Source: a virus
Taxonomy: Duplodnaviria; Caudoviricetes
DNA: 40,874 nt
IMG/VR virus record: IMGVR_UViG_3300028923_000041
Location: 1-40,874 of that record
Direction: 5' to 3' (one strand)
Both the position numbers and the translations under genes were made by a program. Below are positions 25,207-34,042 of this stretch, in pieces. Each line of letters starts with the position of its first letter. The first letter of the stretch is position 1. The notes under the pieces were generated by a model, which made no database searches, was not told where the DNA came from, and worked only from the letters and a program-made list of their open reading frames with translations.

Positions 25207-26601
25207 TCATATCACCTGATCCGCTTTTTCATTCTGCTCTTGGAGGATCTGGTCTTCGGAATAGCCCTTTTCTCTCATTATGCCCTGGGCACTACGGACC
25301 TTCCCGGTTACAAGCGTTGATTCTCGCTGAGCCTCTTCATTTGGATCGTCTGGAAGCCCGTCTCTCCAGGTAATCTGAAAGTCCTGGATCTCAACGGCGC
25401 CTGGCATTGCATGATAGACCTCCATCTGAGAGCAGAGCCGAATGGCTTTCTTCAGATTGGCATCATATCGCAGCTTAATCCCGCCCGCCCGGGCGAGAGG
25501 TCTGGCCATCATAAGTCTCAGAGCGGTTCCTGACAGAGCAGATCCGGATTGACTGGCGTCGAATGCTATCTTGCAGGTCTCGCTGATCTCATAGAGCCTC
25601 TGCATGAGGTCACTGATCGTTGTGTAGCTGGTGGCAGGTGGGCCCCTACCGTCGATGATGCCAGGCGCAGTCTGGCCTTCTGTGACTGTGATATAGCGAG
25701 ATCCGCCCATGACGCGATACTCGCCATCCCGGGGATCCTGTTCTTCCATCGGAGGGCCGTACATGCTCGGATCGGCAAATTTGTCCTCGATCCGGAAGAT
25801 CTGAGCATACCTCATCTCCAGCTCATGAACCAGGCTATTAATGTCACTGTAATCATCACAACCTATGAGTTGATCCGTTTCGGGCTTGTTCTGAATATCA
25901 ATTACATCAAAGTCGCTTAGACCGGTTGACTCAATTGGCCGCAAGGAGGCGAATTCAGGGAATAAATCGAGAGGTAACGCTTCTGAGTCGATTTTTTTAC
26001 TTTTCAGCCGGTATAGCCTGTGCTCGATGACATAACTCTCCTCGCCGTCCTTTGGCGGCCTATGGATCTCTGCCTTAAGGTAGCTGATATTGTTGCGCTT
26101 TTGTGTTGGATCCGGGAAAGTATAGGCTATGACATGAGCTTTGACCTGTTTGATGTCAGAAATTGCGACAATAGGAAACCAGTATTTCGGAGGCACATTC
26201 TCGATTATGCCGCGCTGGTCGAAGCGAATCTTGAGGATATTCGTACCGGTTTTAGAAAAGTCAATTACGCCATCTTGAACCTGCTGCCAGAGGAGATTGT
26301 CTCGGATGATTCTCTGTAGGGCATCGAACTGGACTTTATCCTGAAGAGCCACGCCTGGGATCTCTCCAGCCACAAGGTCCGACCATAAACGAGAAAGCAG
26401 CTTATGGAAGTTGAGGACAATCCTCAGATCGCCGCTCTTATCGGCCCGAAGTCTACGGATCTCATCTACCCAGATTTTGTTATGCCTGCCCTGGAAAAGC
26501 ATAGTATTTTTCTCATAGAGTTCGAGGCGGGTCAGCGTGTCCTCGTCTGATGGCGGCCAGCTAGATCTAAGCCGGAATATACTCTCGTGGTCTGTTATCA
26601 T
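25207..26601 (-). CDS. Portal protein (SPP1-like)
   Basis: 464 aa; WPP...NFHKLLS...DDYSDI...SGTALRL...ITWRDGLPDD. Confidence 0.92.
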   Translation of the reverse strand: MITDHESIFRLRSSWPPSDEDTLTRLELYEKNTMLFQGRHNKIWVDEIRRLRADKSGDLRIVLNFHKLLSRLWSDLVAGEIPGVALQDKVQFDALQRIIRDNLLWQQVQDGVIDFSKTGTNILKIRFDQRGIIENVPPKYWFPIVAISDIKQVKAHVIAYTFPDPTQKRNNISYLKAEIHRPPKDGEESYVIEHRLYRLKSKKIDSEALPLDLFPEFASLRPIESTGLSDFDVIDIQNKPETDQLIGCDDYSDINSLVHELEMRYAQIFRIEDKFADPSMYGPPMEEQDPRDGEYRVMGGSRYITVTEGQTAPGIIDGRGPPATSYTTISDLMQRLYEISETCKIAFDASQSGSALSGTALRLMMARPLARAGGIKLRYDANLKKAIRLCSQMEVYHAMPGAVEIQDFQITWRDGLPDDPNEEAQRESTLVTGKVRSAQGIMREKGYSEDQILQEQNEKADQVI

Positions 26602-26825
26602 GCTTTCCCTTTTCGGTTTGCAGCATTGGAATTCAGGTTTTCAGATACGTGCGTTGGAATGTCAATGAAGTGAGAAATACACAACAGGACGTTCTTATTG
26701 TCGAATGTCTGTCCAGTTGCCTTCGGGCCAGATGGGAGCAGCTCCATGACTTCACCGGATATTGAGCCCCGGACGTAGCCGGTATCAGCATCCGTGAAGA
26801 CGTGACCACAAAGAACACAACGCAT
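26598..26825 (-). CDS. Small putative zinc-binding protein
   Basis: 75 aa; CVLC...CISH; coupled between TerL and portal. Confidence 0.55.
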   Translation of the reverse strand: MRCVLCGHVFTDADTGYVRGSISGEVMELLPSGPKATGQTFDNKNVLLCISHFIDIPTHVSENLNSNAANRKGKA

Positions 26826-26827
26826 AG

Positions 26828-28138
26828 TTACAATCCCATTGGTTTAGATGAAACAGAGGCAGTGCCGCGCATTATGCGCATAATGGCATAGCGGAGGGCG
26901 TCCGGAGCGTGGTCATTTTTCTTGACTGGTTTATCCTCTCCGCGCTCCTGTGCCTTTGGATCCCATGAATAAGTTGAGAGCTGTTGAATCGTATTAACGC
27001 AGCTTGAATGAATCTTGAGTTTGCCATCTGTCAGAGCTTGAGAAGTGGTCTGGATGCCGGGTATGACTTCATTCATTGCAGAATTTATGAGAAGTCCAGG
27101 ATAATCCTTCCGGAGCTGAGCTATTAGGCCGGCCCCACCGCCGCCAGGATCACAATCTACTCTTGGCCGAATGTCTTTGACCAGACCGCCGAAATCCCTC
27201 GAATACTCCGAGTCTGTCTTCTGCCGTCCTTGTTTCTGAGCATCCCAGTATATCTCACGTATCAAGTACCAGATGCCCTGAGACCTGCCGATCAGCAGAA
27301 ATACGCAGACTGAGGATGTAGCGAAATCAATGCCAATATGGTAACGGTCAAAGCTCTGTGGTAAAGCATCGACTACATAGCCTTTTAATCGATCTTCCGT
27401 GAAGAAATCATAAATTCTTCCCTCGGCCATGCACCATTCGCCTAAGATGAAGCGCCTGTAGAAGGTACTACCCTTCGAATAACGTCGCTCATATCTCTCC
27501 TTGGTCTTTAAGCTGAGAGAGAGATTATCATCCATTGTAAAATGCAGATGCAGGAGATTCTTTTCGAACAGCTTCTCAAGATATTCGAGCTTGAAGTAAT
27601 GATAAGGCCCCTCTGGATTGCAGTTATACCAGTATTTCGATTCGTCAAGGCTGCAGCGACCTTCGGCTTGGTTCACGAAACTTTGGGGCATCAGGGCGAC
27701 TTCGTCGAAATAGAAGCCCCCGCCTGTAAAGCCCTGGACAGGGTCCTGGCTCTTCTCATTGTTGCCGCCAAACAAATGGAAGTAATTCGTTTTGCGCCCT
27801 TTGGATATCTCTAAATGGGGCTCTTCTGCGGAACGATAATCTCTGACTTTATATCCTCTGCCTGGAAGAACTTGCTTCAGTGGCCCTATGACATTCCTGC
27901 GAAGAGCGCCCAGGGTTTTTCCCGCCATGCCCAGGTTGGTATCATGGTAGGTATACATCGCCCAATCCACGAAGCTGACTGATTCAGGAAGGGTCTTGCC
28001 AGCCCGGATGGAGCCGTCAAGAATTATACCATCAAAATCATTTACACTGCTTTCCGGCAGCCACCAGGTCATTACTTGTGCCTGCTTGAGGCTCAGTGGC
28101 GCCCATTTGAACAGGGCGGGCTTCTTTCGGCCAGACAT
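26828..28138 (-). CDS. terL: Terminase large subunit (PBSX family)
   Basis: Walker A DGSIRAGKT, Walker B FYFDE, NCNP coupling motif, nuclease GIDF...DHAPDALRY. Confidence 0.96.
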   Translation of the reverse strand: MSGRKKPALFKWAPLSLKQAQVMTWWLPESSVNDFDGIILDGSIRAGKTLPESVSFVDWAMYTYHDTNLGMAGKTLGALRRNVIGPLKQVLPGRGYKVRDYRSAEEPHLEISKGRKTNYFHLFGGNNEKSQDPVQGFTGGGFYFDEVALMPQSFVNQAEGRCSLDESKYWYNCNPEGPYHYFKLEYLEKLFEKNLLHLHFTMDDNLSLSLKTKERYERRYSKGSTFYRRFILGEWCMAEGRIYDFFTEDRLKGYVVDALPQSFDRYHIGIDFATSSVCVFLLIGRSQGIWYLIREIYWDAQKQGRQKTDSEYSRDFGGLVKDIRPRVDCDPGGGGAGLIAQLRKDYPGLLINSAMNEVIPGIQTTSQALTDGKLKIHSSCVNTIQQLSTYSWDPKAQERGEDKPVKKNDHAPDALRYAIMRIMRGTASVSSKPMGL

Positions 28139-28541
28139 GCTTTGCCGCCCCCTTTAGGGCCCTAACATAATCATCTGATTCGAATTCGCTTGCTTCAGAG
28201 TCTTTACTTTTGCTCAGAATCTCAGCAGCTCGAAGCACATGCCCCAATGCAGCCGCCGCTGCCCTATAATCTTCATGAGTTCTGGCATCGTCCGCCAAGT
28301 CTCTTAAATCCCGTACTGTATCTTCGAGGAGAGATGAGAGCTGTAGCCCGTGACGAAGGTTCTCCTTTTCCTGGGCATCCTCAATGAGATCAGCGACATG
28401 GCCGGACTCCTTATGTCTTCGAATGGCATCCTTCGAGAATTCGGGGAATTGGCGCGAAATGGCGCGGTTTGACGCGCCGCCAGCTATGAGCCTATCAACT
28501 GCATATCGATTTTTGCTGGCGCAGACTGAGCATTTTGCCAT
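28038..28541 (-). CDS. terS: Terminase small subunit
   Basis: CSVC plus HTH (SNRAISRQF...IRRH) upstream of and overlapping terL; DDYVRALKGAAKHVW tail. Confidence 0.75.
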   Translation of the reverse strand: MAKCSVCASKNRYAVDRLIAGGASNRAISRQFPEFSKDAIRRHKESGHVADLIEDAQEKENLRHGLQLSSLLEDTVRDLRDLADDARTHEDYRAAAAALGHVLRAAEILSKSKDSEASEFESDDYVRALKGAAKHVWPKEARPVQMGATEPQAGTSNDLVAAGKQCK

Positions 28542-28570
28542 TCATTGCATCAATCCTGATAGTAATTAGA

Positions 28571-28864
28571 ACGGGCCCGGCCAGTGTATATCACAAGCAT
28601 GGCGGGAGGGATCCTCGCCTAAAGAAGGTTGTCTGGCCGGGCCGTGTCACATGGTGACTAGCTACGGCTCTGGTGGGCGTCGCCCGCCGTCATCGCCGCA
28701 TTCGTAAGCATGACGCCCGGCGCCGCTTCTGGGCTCTGCCCTACGCCGGAATCATGAAGTTGGCTGATGCAAGAAGATGAGCTATGTTGCTTCAGTTGCT
28801 CCTCCTGGAGCACTTCATAGCGTTCATAGTCAATCCTCTATCATGCCTCTCTGCGGGAGGCATA
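28571..28864. other. Non-coding region with several stem-loops upstream of terS
   Basis: ACGGGCCCGGCCAG (28571-84) / CTGGCCGGGCCGT (28633-45); GGGCGTC/GACGCCC; CCGGCG/CGCCGG; ATGCCTC/GAGGCAT. Confidence 0.55.
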
Positions 28865-28865
28865 A

Positions 28866-29201
28866 TCAGATCTTCCTTTTCGCTCCGGTGCTTGCCCGGT
28901 GCGATTTAATTATTTTTCCTTTATTATTATCGCATTTCACAGATTTTTGGGCATTGTACGACCAGCCCCTATGCTGCGGGGCATTGAGCTTTTGCCGCGG
29001 GAAGTTGAATATCGGAGAGCCACAATGCGGACAATATGTCGCATTCCAGCAGGAGTAATATATATTTTTATGGCAATTGCCGCATTTCCACTCGATAATA
29101 GAATTGAACTCAAATTCGGCCTGCCAGGCGGAAGGCCTAAGCTGTACCTCATTAGGGATGCTTTTGGGCGGTGCATCTTCCGTCAAGGTATCTCCATGCA
29201 T
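28866..29201 (-). CDS. Zinc-ribbon protein (111 aa)
   Basis: CGNC...CPHC. Start reassigned to MHGDT, after a GGAGTGA RBS. Confidence 0.65.
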   Translation of the reverse strand: MHGDTLTEDAPPKSIPNEVQLRPSAWQAEFEFNSIIEWKCGNCHKNIYYSCWNATYCPHCGSPIFNFPRQKLNAPQHRGWSYNAQKSVKCDNNKGKIIKSHRASTGAKRKI

Positions 29202-29244
29202 AATAATCACTCCAAATATAAATATCATTCTGCGATTGATACCA

Positions 29245-29277
29245 TATCGATTGTAATCATATTGATTGCAATCGATA
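29245..29277. promoter_or_regulatory. Near-perfect palindrome (operator or hairpin)
   Basis: TATCGATTGTAATCA-TAT-TGATTGCAATCGATA: 15 bp arms with one mismatch, in an intergenic gap. Confidence 0.55.
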
Positions 29278-29280
29278 CGA

Positions 29281-29526
29281 TTACATTCGCTTTGGATACA
29301 ATCGATATGATACTCTTGTCCATCCGTTCTTTTTCCCAGAAGGTCGGCCTTGCTCGATCTTCTCCGCCTTGTCGAGGTCCACCAAGATCTCAAGGCACTC
29401 CCGCACAGTTCCCCTGGTGAGGTTCGTTTTAGCCATGAGCTCACCCATGCTCTGATAATCAGTTGAAAGTGCGGATTTGACGGCCTGAAGGCTGGAGGAG
29501 AGGACCACTAAGGCACCACCCACCAA
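29281..29526 (-). CDS. Winged-helix protein
   Basis: SMGELMAKTNLTRGTVRECLEILVDL...YRL; start uncertain. Confidence 0.7.
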   Translation of the reverse strand: MVGGALVVLSSSLQAVKSALSTDYQSMGELMAKTNLTRGTVRECLEILVDLDKAEKIEQGRPSGKKNGWTRVSYRLYPKRM

Positions 29527-29708
29527 CGGGCCCTGCCCGCCCCCCTGGCGCCTTTATCGGAGTGCAGAGTGGCAATCTCGCCAGTCTGTTGCAGCGTCTT
29601 CAGGGCGAGATGGATCGATGAACTGCCATGCCGCATGGCTTTCTTGAGATCGCAGCTCCTAAGGGGGCCGAAGCTGCGGATCATGGCAAGAACGTCCTCC
29701 TGGCTCAT
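29508..29708 (-). CDS. Winged-helix protein (66 aa)
   Basis: VLAMIRSFGPLRSCDLKKAM...SSIHLALKTLQQTGEI; ATGA-coupled start. Confidence 0.7.
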   Translation of the reverse strand: MSQEDVLAMIRSFGPLRSCDLKKAMRHGSSSIHLALKTLQQTGEIATLHSDKGARGAGRARWWVVP

Positions 29709-29965
29709 CTGCTCGCCTCTGAGAGCTGCACGGCCAGACCAAGGTAATCTTTGAGAAACGGCCCGGCTGACCAATAGCAATGTCCTGCCTTGTCTTTTGG
29801 GGCCTTGCAGATAGCTCCTGAATTATGCAGTTGTCGCAGAGCTGCTCGGCTGATACCAGATTTCGCGCTCGGCTGCTTCCCATTCTGCAGAGACTTCAGC
29901 CATTCGACATCGAGGCCGGTCTCTATTAGCCTGGCGACGAATCGCCTTGCTCCGCCGTTATTCAT
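29705..29965 (-). CDS. Possible winged-helix protein
   Basis: GISRAALRQLHNSGAI...YW..G; ATGA-coupled. Confidence 0.55.
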   Translation of the reverse strand: MNNGGARRFVARLIETGLDVEWLKSLQNGKQPSAKSGISRAALRQLHNSGAICKAPKDKAGHCYWSAGPFLKDYLGLAVQLSEASR

Positions 29966-30162
29966 GCTCCACCCCGGCCAGATACTTTAGGCCTGAGCGC
30001 GTCGCTCTCCTTCTGGAGCTGCTCACGCTTCTCCTGGAGGATCTTGATTGTGCAGTCGATGCTCCGGATTTGATCGTCTACTCGGTTCTTTCTGCAGCTC
30101 ATCCGGTAGTTTCGCAGGTTCTTGTTTTTGCGCTCCTGCTCAGCAGTGGGTAGGGCGCTCAT
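29962..30162 (-). CDS. Basic region plus coiled-coil (bZIP-like) protein
   Basis: RKNKNLRNYRMSCRKNR followed by heptads I/I/L/L/L. Confidence 0.6.
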   Translation of the reverse strand: MSALPTAEQERKNKNLRNYRMSCRKNRVDDQIRSIDCTIKILQEKREQLQKESDALRPKVSGRGGA

Positions 30163-31211
30163 AGATCGGCCCCCTGGCTGATGAGCCGGATACGCACGGA
30201 TTTCTCAGAATAGTACAGCCCTTCGGCGTACAGATCATCCGATATCTGCTCAGGAGTCTTACCGGCCTTCCAGGCATCCCAGATCTTCCGGTCCAGATCT
30301 GCCCGGCTTATAGCCTTTGCAGCAGGCTTTTCTTCTTGACGTACCTCAGCTACGTTTTCCTCCGCAGAGATGCATTTTTCATCATTTACTGCAGACGCTT
30401 CCGTGGCGGGCTCGCTCGCATCTTGCTTGCCCACTTCCTTTGGTGTTGGTGCATTGTGCGGCTTTTTGCCTTTGGCCTCCAACGCTTTCTTTGAGGCCGC
30501 AGTGTAATATCTGGCAGTGACGTCGTCTACGTTGCACTCGATGCCCTTCTGCCGGAGTTCAGCCAAGATGGTGCTGAATCTCGTGCCCTGTGACCTCCGG
30601 CCCAAAATGAAATCATCCTCGGTGTGCGGGATCTTGGGGTTCTTCCGCCCTCCGCGCGTCTCAACTTTTTTTGCCTGTGGTTTTTCTTGCGGCTCGGCCT
30701 TTTCAGTATGCTCCGATTGGGTCTCCTGGAGAGACGGCCCGGCCAGGACTTCATCAAGTTCATTCTTTTTGCCGTCCGGCGCCGCGGCGGCAATCATTTC
30801 GTCGGCTCCGACGATATGATCACTGCTCTCGGTTCCGGGAGTGCATGGAACGTTGCGCAACGTTTCATCACCCTCTTTGCGCAGCTCTTCGGCCTCCCTT
30901 GCCTTGATGAACTTTTGATACCTCTTAGCAGCGGCATCTTCTGTGATACCTATTTTGGCGCCGATCTCACGCCAGCAGAGGTCGGCCCCCTCAGGAGATT
31001 CTTTCAGCTCCACGACCTTCTGAGTAAGCTCCTGGCTGAGAATGGGATTGCAGGTTCTGGCCATCGAAGTGGGCTGGCTGCCATCCGCCAAGCCAATCGC
31101 CGATCTAATATGCGATCTGATCTGGGGCAATGCATCGATTCTTTCTAGTGGAATGGCCCCCGATGGCGGGAAAAGTGCCTTCAGGATAGTTGCTTCGGTG
31201 CATGCACTCAT
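30159..31211 (-). CDS. Protein with three HTH-like domains and charged linkers (350 aa)
   Basis: WREIGAKIGITEDAAAKRY; FSTILAEL...VDDVTARY; KTPEQISDDL...SEKSVRIRL. Start MSACTE supported by ATGA overlap. Confidence 0.7.
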   Translation of the reverse strand: MSACTEATILKALFPPSGAIPLERIDALPQIRSHIRSAIGLADGSQPTSMARTCNPILSQELTQKVVELKESPEGADLCWREIGAKIGITEDAAAKRYQKFIKAREAEELRKEGDETLRNVPCTPGTESSDHIVGADEMIAAAAPDGKKNELDEVLAGPSLQETQSEHTEKAEPQEKPQAKKVETRGGRKNPKIPHTEDDFILGRRSQGTRFSTILAELRQKGIECNVDDVTARYYTAASKKALEAKGKKPHNAPTPKEVGKQDASEPATEASAVNDEKCISAEENVAEVRQEEKPAAKAISRADLDRKIWDAWKAGKTPEQISDDLYAEGLYYSEKSVRIRLISQGADL

Positions 31212-31342
31212 AACGAAAGCCCCCGGCGCTTTGTTAGGCTGACAAGATTCCTGATATGAGCAGGAACCTGTTCTTTGCGGCACTCCGATCTCTCGATCGG
31301 TTTCCTATCCATCGGCCCTTTCGGCCCTTTCTTTTGACTCAT
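31208..31342 (-). CDS. Basic microprotein (44 aa, MSQKKGPKGP...), not in the ORF track
   Basis: ATGA overlaps at both ends. Confidence 0.55.
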   Translation of the reverse strand: MSQKKGPKGPMDRKPIERSECRKEQVPAHIRNLVSLTKRRGLSL

Positions 31343-31530
31343 ACCTTTTCTCCTGGAATTGCTTTGTTGAGTGCATCGATTAGGGCCGTGACTGCTTTGG
31401 CTCCTCCTTTGCAGCGCAGTACTACCCCCATGCTACCGTCCTGACTTTCCGGCCCAGTCTGCTTTCTGAAATATGCCGAGACCTGCTGCTCTCCCGACTT
31501 CGGCCTCAGATTGAGAATATCCTCTTTCAT
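31339..31530 (-). CDS. Hypothetical protein
   Basis: 63 aa; ATGA-coupled, GGAGG upstream. Confidence 0.6.
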   Translation of the reverse strand: MKEDILNLRPKSGEQQVSAYFRKQTGPESQDGSMGVVLRCKGGAKAVTALIDALNKAIPGEKV

Positions 31531-31916
31531 GCTTCGGCCTCCACTCGCGGCGCTGCCGATGTGGTTTTGTTGATCCGGGCCAGCCGGAGCAAGGCGTCTT
31601 TCTCGTTCTTTGCCCAGACAAAATAATCAGTGTACTCTGGCGTTCCTTCCTGGATGCCTTCCTGCTCTGCGGGGGGCCAGGTGATCGATACCTCTGCAGG
31701 GAGCTGGGGCTCTCCTCCCACGATATCGACATGGATCATGTAAGGCAGCAGTCCAGCCAGGATCTGCTCATTATGAGGGTCGCTCTCAAGATCCACTATC
31801 TCTGCTGCAGGATCGAGCTTCTGGATTATCGTGAGAGTCTTCTGGAGAAGAATGGCATCTGTGTAGGGCCCAAAGCATCCATCCCCCAATTCTGCAGTAA
31901 TTACATGCATTTGCAT
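31527..31916 (-). CDS. Hypothetical protein
   Basis: 129 aa; AAGGAGGA RBS upstream. Confidence 0.7.
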   Translation of the reverse strand: MQMHVITAELGDGCFGPYTDAILLQKTLTIIQKLDPAAEIVDLESDPHNEQILAGLLPYMIHVDIVGGEPQLPAEVSITWPPAEQEGIQEGTPEYTDYFVWAKNEKDALLRLARINKTTSAAPRVEAEA

Positions 31917-31942
31917 TTTATATTATCCTCCTTATTTGTTCC

Positions 31943-32148
31943 AATCGTTGACATACTTTGTCAAATGTCAAATGTTTCTCGACTCCATCTCTATGACCTT
32001 CTGCTATCGCTTCGTTCATTATTCTACCATCGACTAATTGACATCACAATTTGCATAAAATCCATGCAAATTTTATGTCGGAATTTAGAAAGTTAAGCCC
32101 TTTTACTAGACCCCTCCGAGGAATATTTGACATTTGACGTCAACGATT
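31943..32148. repeat. Inverted-repeat element 1 (candidate origin or binding array)
   Basis: Left AATCGTTGAC-atacttt-GTCAAATGTCAAAT (31943-73); right arm reverse complement AATCGTTGAC-GTCAAATGTCAAAT (32125-48). AT-rich spacer with hairpin AATTTGCAT/ATGCAAATT. Confidence 0.8.
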
Positions 32149-32899
32149 TAGACTGTTGACTGGCATTCCAGGCTCGAAGCCGCAGGACCTTCTGGCGGTC
32201 ATCTCCCGATCTGAAGAATATCTCGTAGCTCCGAGTGTCAAGCATCGTTACCAAGCGGTTCATCTCTTTGGGTGAGATGTCAAGCAGCCGTTCAAGCTCT
32301 TTGTAGGTCTTCGGCCCGCTCTTCAGGATCTCCTTCATCTTCTCGACCCTGGCCAGAGACTTTTTGCCGGTTGGCGTTCGGGTCTTCTTGGCAGCCTGCC
32401 AGATCTTGTTGATTGACTCAGCGTGTTGATTGATGAGGTCCTGGACTTCTGCGAGCTGCTCAGCCAGATCGTTGACATGTTTTCTGTCAACATTCTGCAA
32501 GATCTGAATGTCAACAATCTCTTTGTGCAGTCCATCGATGCGGTCTTTTGCCAGACCTTTGACATCTGTGATTCGTTGCTCCGAACGATCTTTGACAATT
32601 CCTATGTCGTCGATCTGCCTGGCGAGGACATTCACCCTTTCGCTGAGGCTCTTTGATTGCGCAGTCAGGTCGTTTAGCAGCTCAGTGAGCTTTTGCCTGT
32701 CATCGTGTGTGAAGTATGCGGCTTCAGATGACCTCATCTCCAGGGCTTTTAGCCTTCGTTCTATCTCCCGGGTGCTTGCAGAATCCTGTATTGCATCCAG
32801 TCGTTCTACGATATCTGCCTGCCATTGGATTATTCGAGCATCGATAGGTGGCGCGGAACCGGGCGAATATTCCGAAGCAGGGGTAAATCCTGAATCCAT
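32093..32899 (-). CDS. Coiled-coil protein with C-terminal winged helix
   Basis: 268 aa; long heptad region, then ARVEKMKEILKSGPKTYKELERLLDISPKEMNRLV...DDRQKVLRLR. Confidence 0.8.
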   Translation of the reverse strand: MDSGFTPASEYSPGSAPPIDARIIQWQADIVERLDAIQDSASTREIERRLKALEMRSSEAAYFTHDDRQKLTELLNDLTAQSKSLSERVNVLARQIDDIGIVKDRSEQRITDVKGLAKDRIDGLHKEIVDIQILQNVDRKHVNDLAEQLAEVQDLINQHAESINKIWQAAKKTRTPTGKKSLARVEKMKEILKSGPKTYKELERLLDISPKEMNRLVTMLDTRSYEIFFRSGDDRQKVLRLRAWNASQQSKSLTSNVKYSSEGSSKRA

Positions 32900-33096
32900 C
32901 AGATCTTCGCCCCCAACGCCCTGGCTCTATTCTTCAGCTTTTCAGTCAACAGAGACAGGCGGCGGACCTCCAGATGAGCTCCGATCAGTTCATCCTGGAC
33001 TCTGATGATCTCTCTAAGGAGTTCGGTTCGTTCGAGCTCATTTGGATCTGCCGGGTTGATGGGTTTGAGTTGAATAATGGCGGGATCCGGAGTCAT
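32899..33096 (-). CDS. Small coiled-coil protein
   Basis: 65 aa; TGATG coupling on both sides. Confidence 0.65.
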   Translation of the reverse strand: MTPDPAIIQLKPINPADPNELERTELLREIIRVQDELIGAHLEVRRLSLLTEKLKNRARALGAKI

Positions 33097-33818
33097 CAGT
33101 CGCGGGCCTCCGGGTGCTCAGGATGCCAGGAGAGCTCTCCTCTGGCTGCATCGATCATGTACCATCTGCCGTCTGCAGCCTGTGCAAAGTCGACTGAGAA
33201 GAAACCAGGAACGCATTCAGCGAACTCTTCCGCCATTCTGGTCAGGCAGGAGATTTCGCCTTCATCTTCCTGATTGATCTCTGCCAGCTTTTGCTGCCAT
33301 CCGGCAGGGAGCTTTGACCAATTACGGCCCTGCTCAATTGCGCCTTTAGGCCAGTAAGGATGATGGCAGAGCACTTTGCCTTCATCGACGAAGTAGCGGC
33401 GTTCTTTGGCAATGGGCAGGCCATCGAAGGCCAGGAAAGGCGCGTTAAGCTGCAGCATCTCTCGAAAGACTATGGCAGCGGGCCAGAGATCTCTCATGAG
33501 ATGCCATTCGATGAGACACGCTATATGGCCCAATAGCTCCTTTTCGGATTTCAGGCAGCAGGAGCGATCATAGTCATGCTTTGCACTGCCCATATCTGAG
33601 CGCAGGAATAGAGGATATCCGATTTGAGCAGCTCCGGCCTTGAGGCGATCGTGCAGCTCCTCTGAGATCATCTCTCCGTCGAGCAGGCCGATGAGTGCGA
33701 ACGTCTCATCTTTGGTGATTGGCAGAATCTCAGAACTCGGCACTGGCAGAATGTCTTTGATTTTCGGCCACCAATGGAGCATACTGGTTTCTTGCTGGAG
33801 ATTTGTCTGTGGCCTCAT
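33096..33818 (-). CDS. ATP-grasp enzyme, R2K/Cdc123-like clade
   Basis: GYPLFLRSDMGSAKH, KERRYFV, HHPYWP, FSVDF...GRWYMID; start MRPQ by ATGA overlap. Confidence 0.72.
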   Translation of the reverse strand: MRPQTNLQQETSMLHWWPKIKDILPVPSSEILPITKDETFALIGLLDGEMISEELHDRLKAGAAQIGYPLFLRSDMGSAKHDYDRSCCLKSEKELLGHIACLIEWHLMRDLWPAAIVFREMLQLNAPFLAFDGLPIAKERRYFVDEGKVLCHHPYWPKGAIEQGRNWSKLPAGWQQKLAEINQEDEGEISCLTRMAEEFAECVPGFFSVDFAQAADGRWYMIDAARGELSWHPEHPEARD

Positions 33819-34042
33819 TCTCCCTCCCGCTTCCTCTCCCAGAGCCAATCCGGCACTATTACTCGGTCATCGGCGATCTCGATCTGCGAGCGAGGCAACC
33901 AGGCTGTGCGGATCTTGCCCCTCTTCTCGATCCTCATGAGGATAGCCTTCTGAGTCTCTGCCTTGATGCTGATGGATTCCTGATATGTCGAGCCGTCGAG
34001 GGCCCTGATAGAGGAGGTGCCGAGCTTCAGAATATGGCTCAT
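33815..34042 (-). CDS. Conserved small phage protein
   Basis: ETQKAIL...WLPRSQI...VPDWL motif. Confidence 0.7.
   Translation of the reverse strand: MSHILKLGTSSIRALDGSTYQESISIKAETQKAILMRIEKRGKIRTAWLPRSQIEIADDRVIVPDWLWERKREGE

Noticed and set aside
28038-28138. TerS-TerL programmed frameshift fusion
   Set aside because: The 101 nt overlap is real, but terL has its own ATG and terS/terL overlaps are common; I saw no convincing slippery site.
28571-28864. tRNA gene
   Set aside because: No cloverleaf with a T-loop (GTTCRA) and D-loop could be built on either strand.
28866-29444. The 192 aa ORF as called, and likewise the long N-termini of 38701-39273, 16725-17036, 30159-31283 and 34039-34422
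   Set aside because: The extensions overlap better-supported genes; internal starts with an RBS or ATGA coupling fit better.
31943-32148. TTGACA read as bacterial sigma70 -35 boxes
   Set aside because: The hexamers occur as tandem and inverted units with a 7 bp period, without consistently spaced -10 boxes, and the other signals in the window are archaeal-type.
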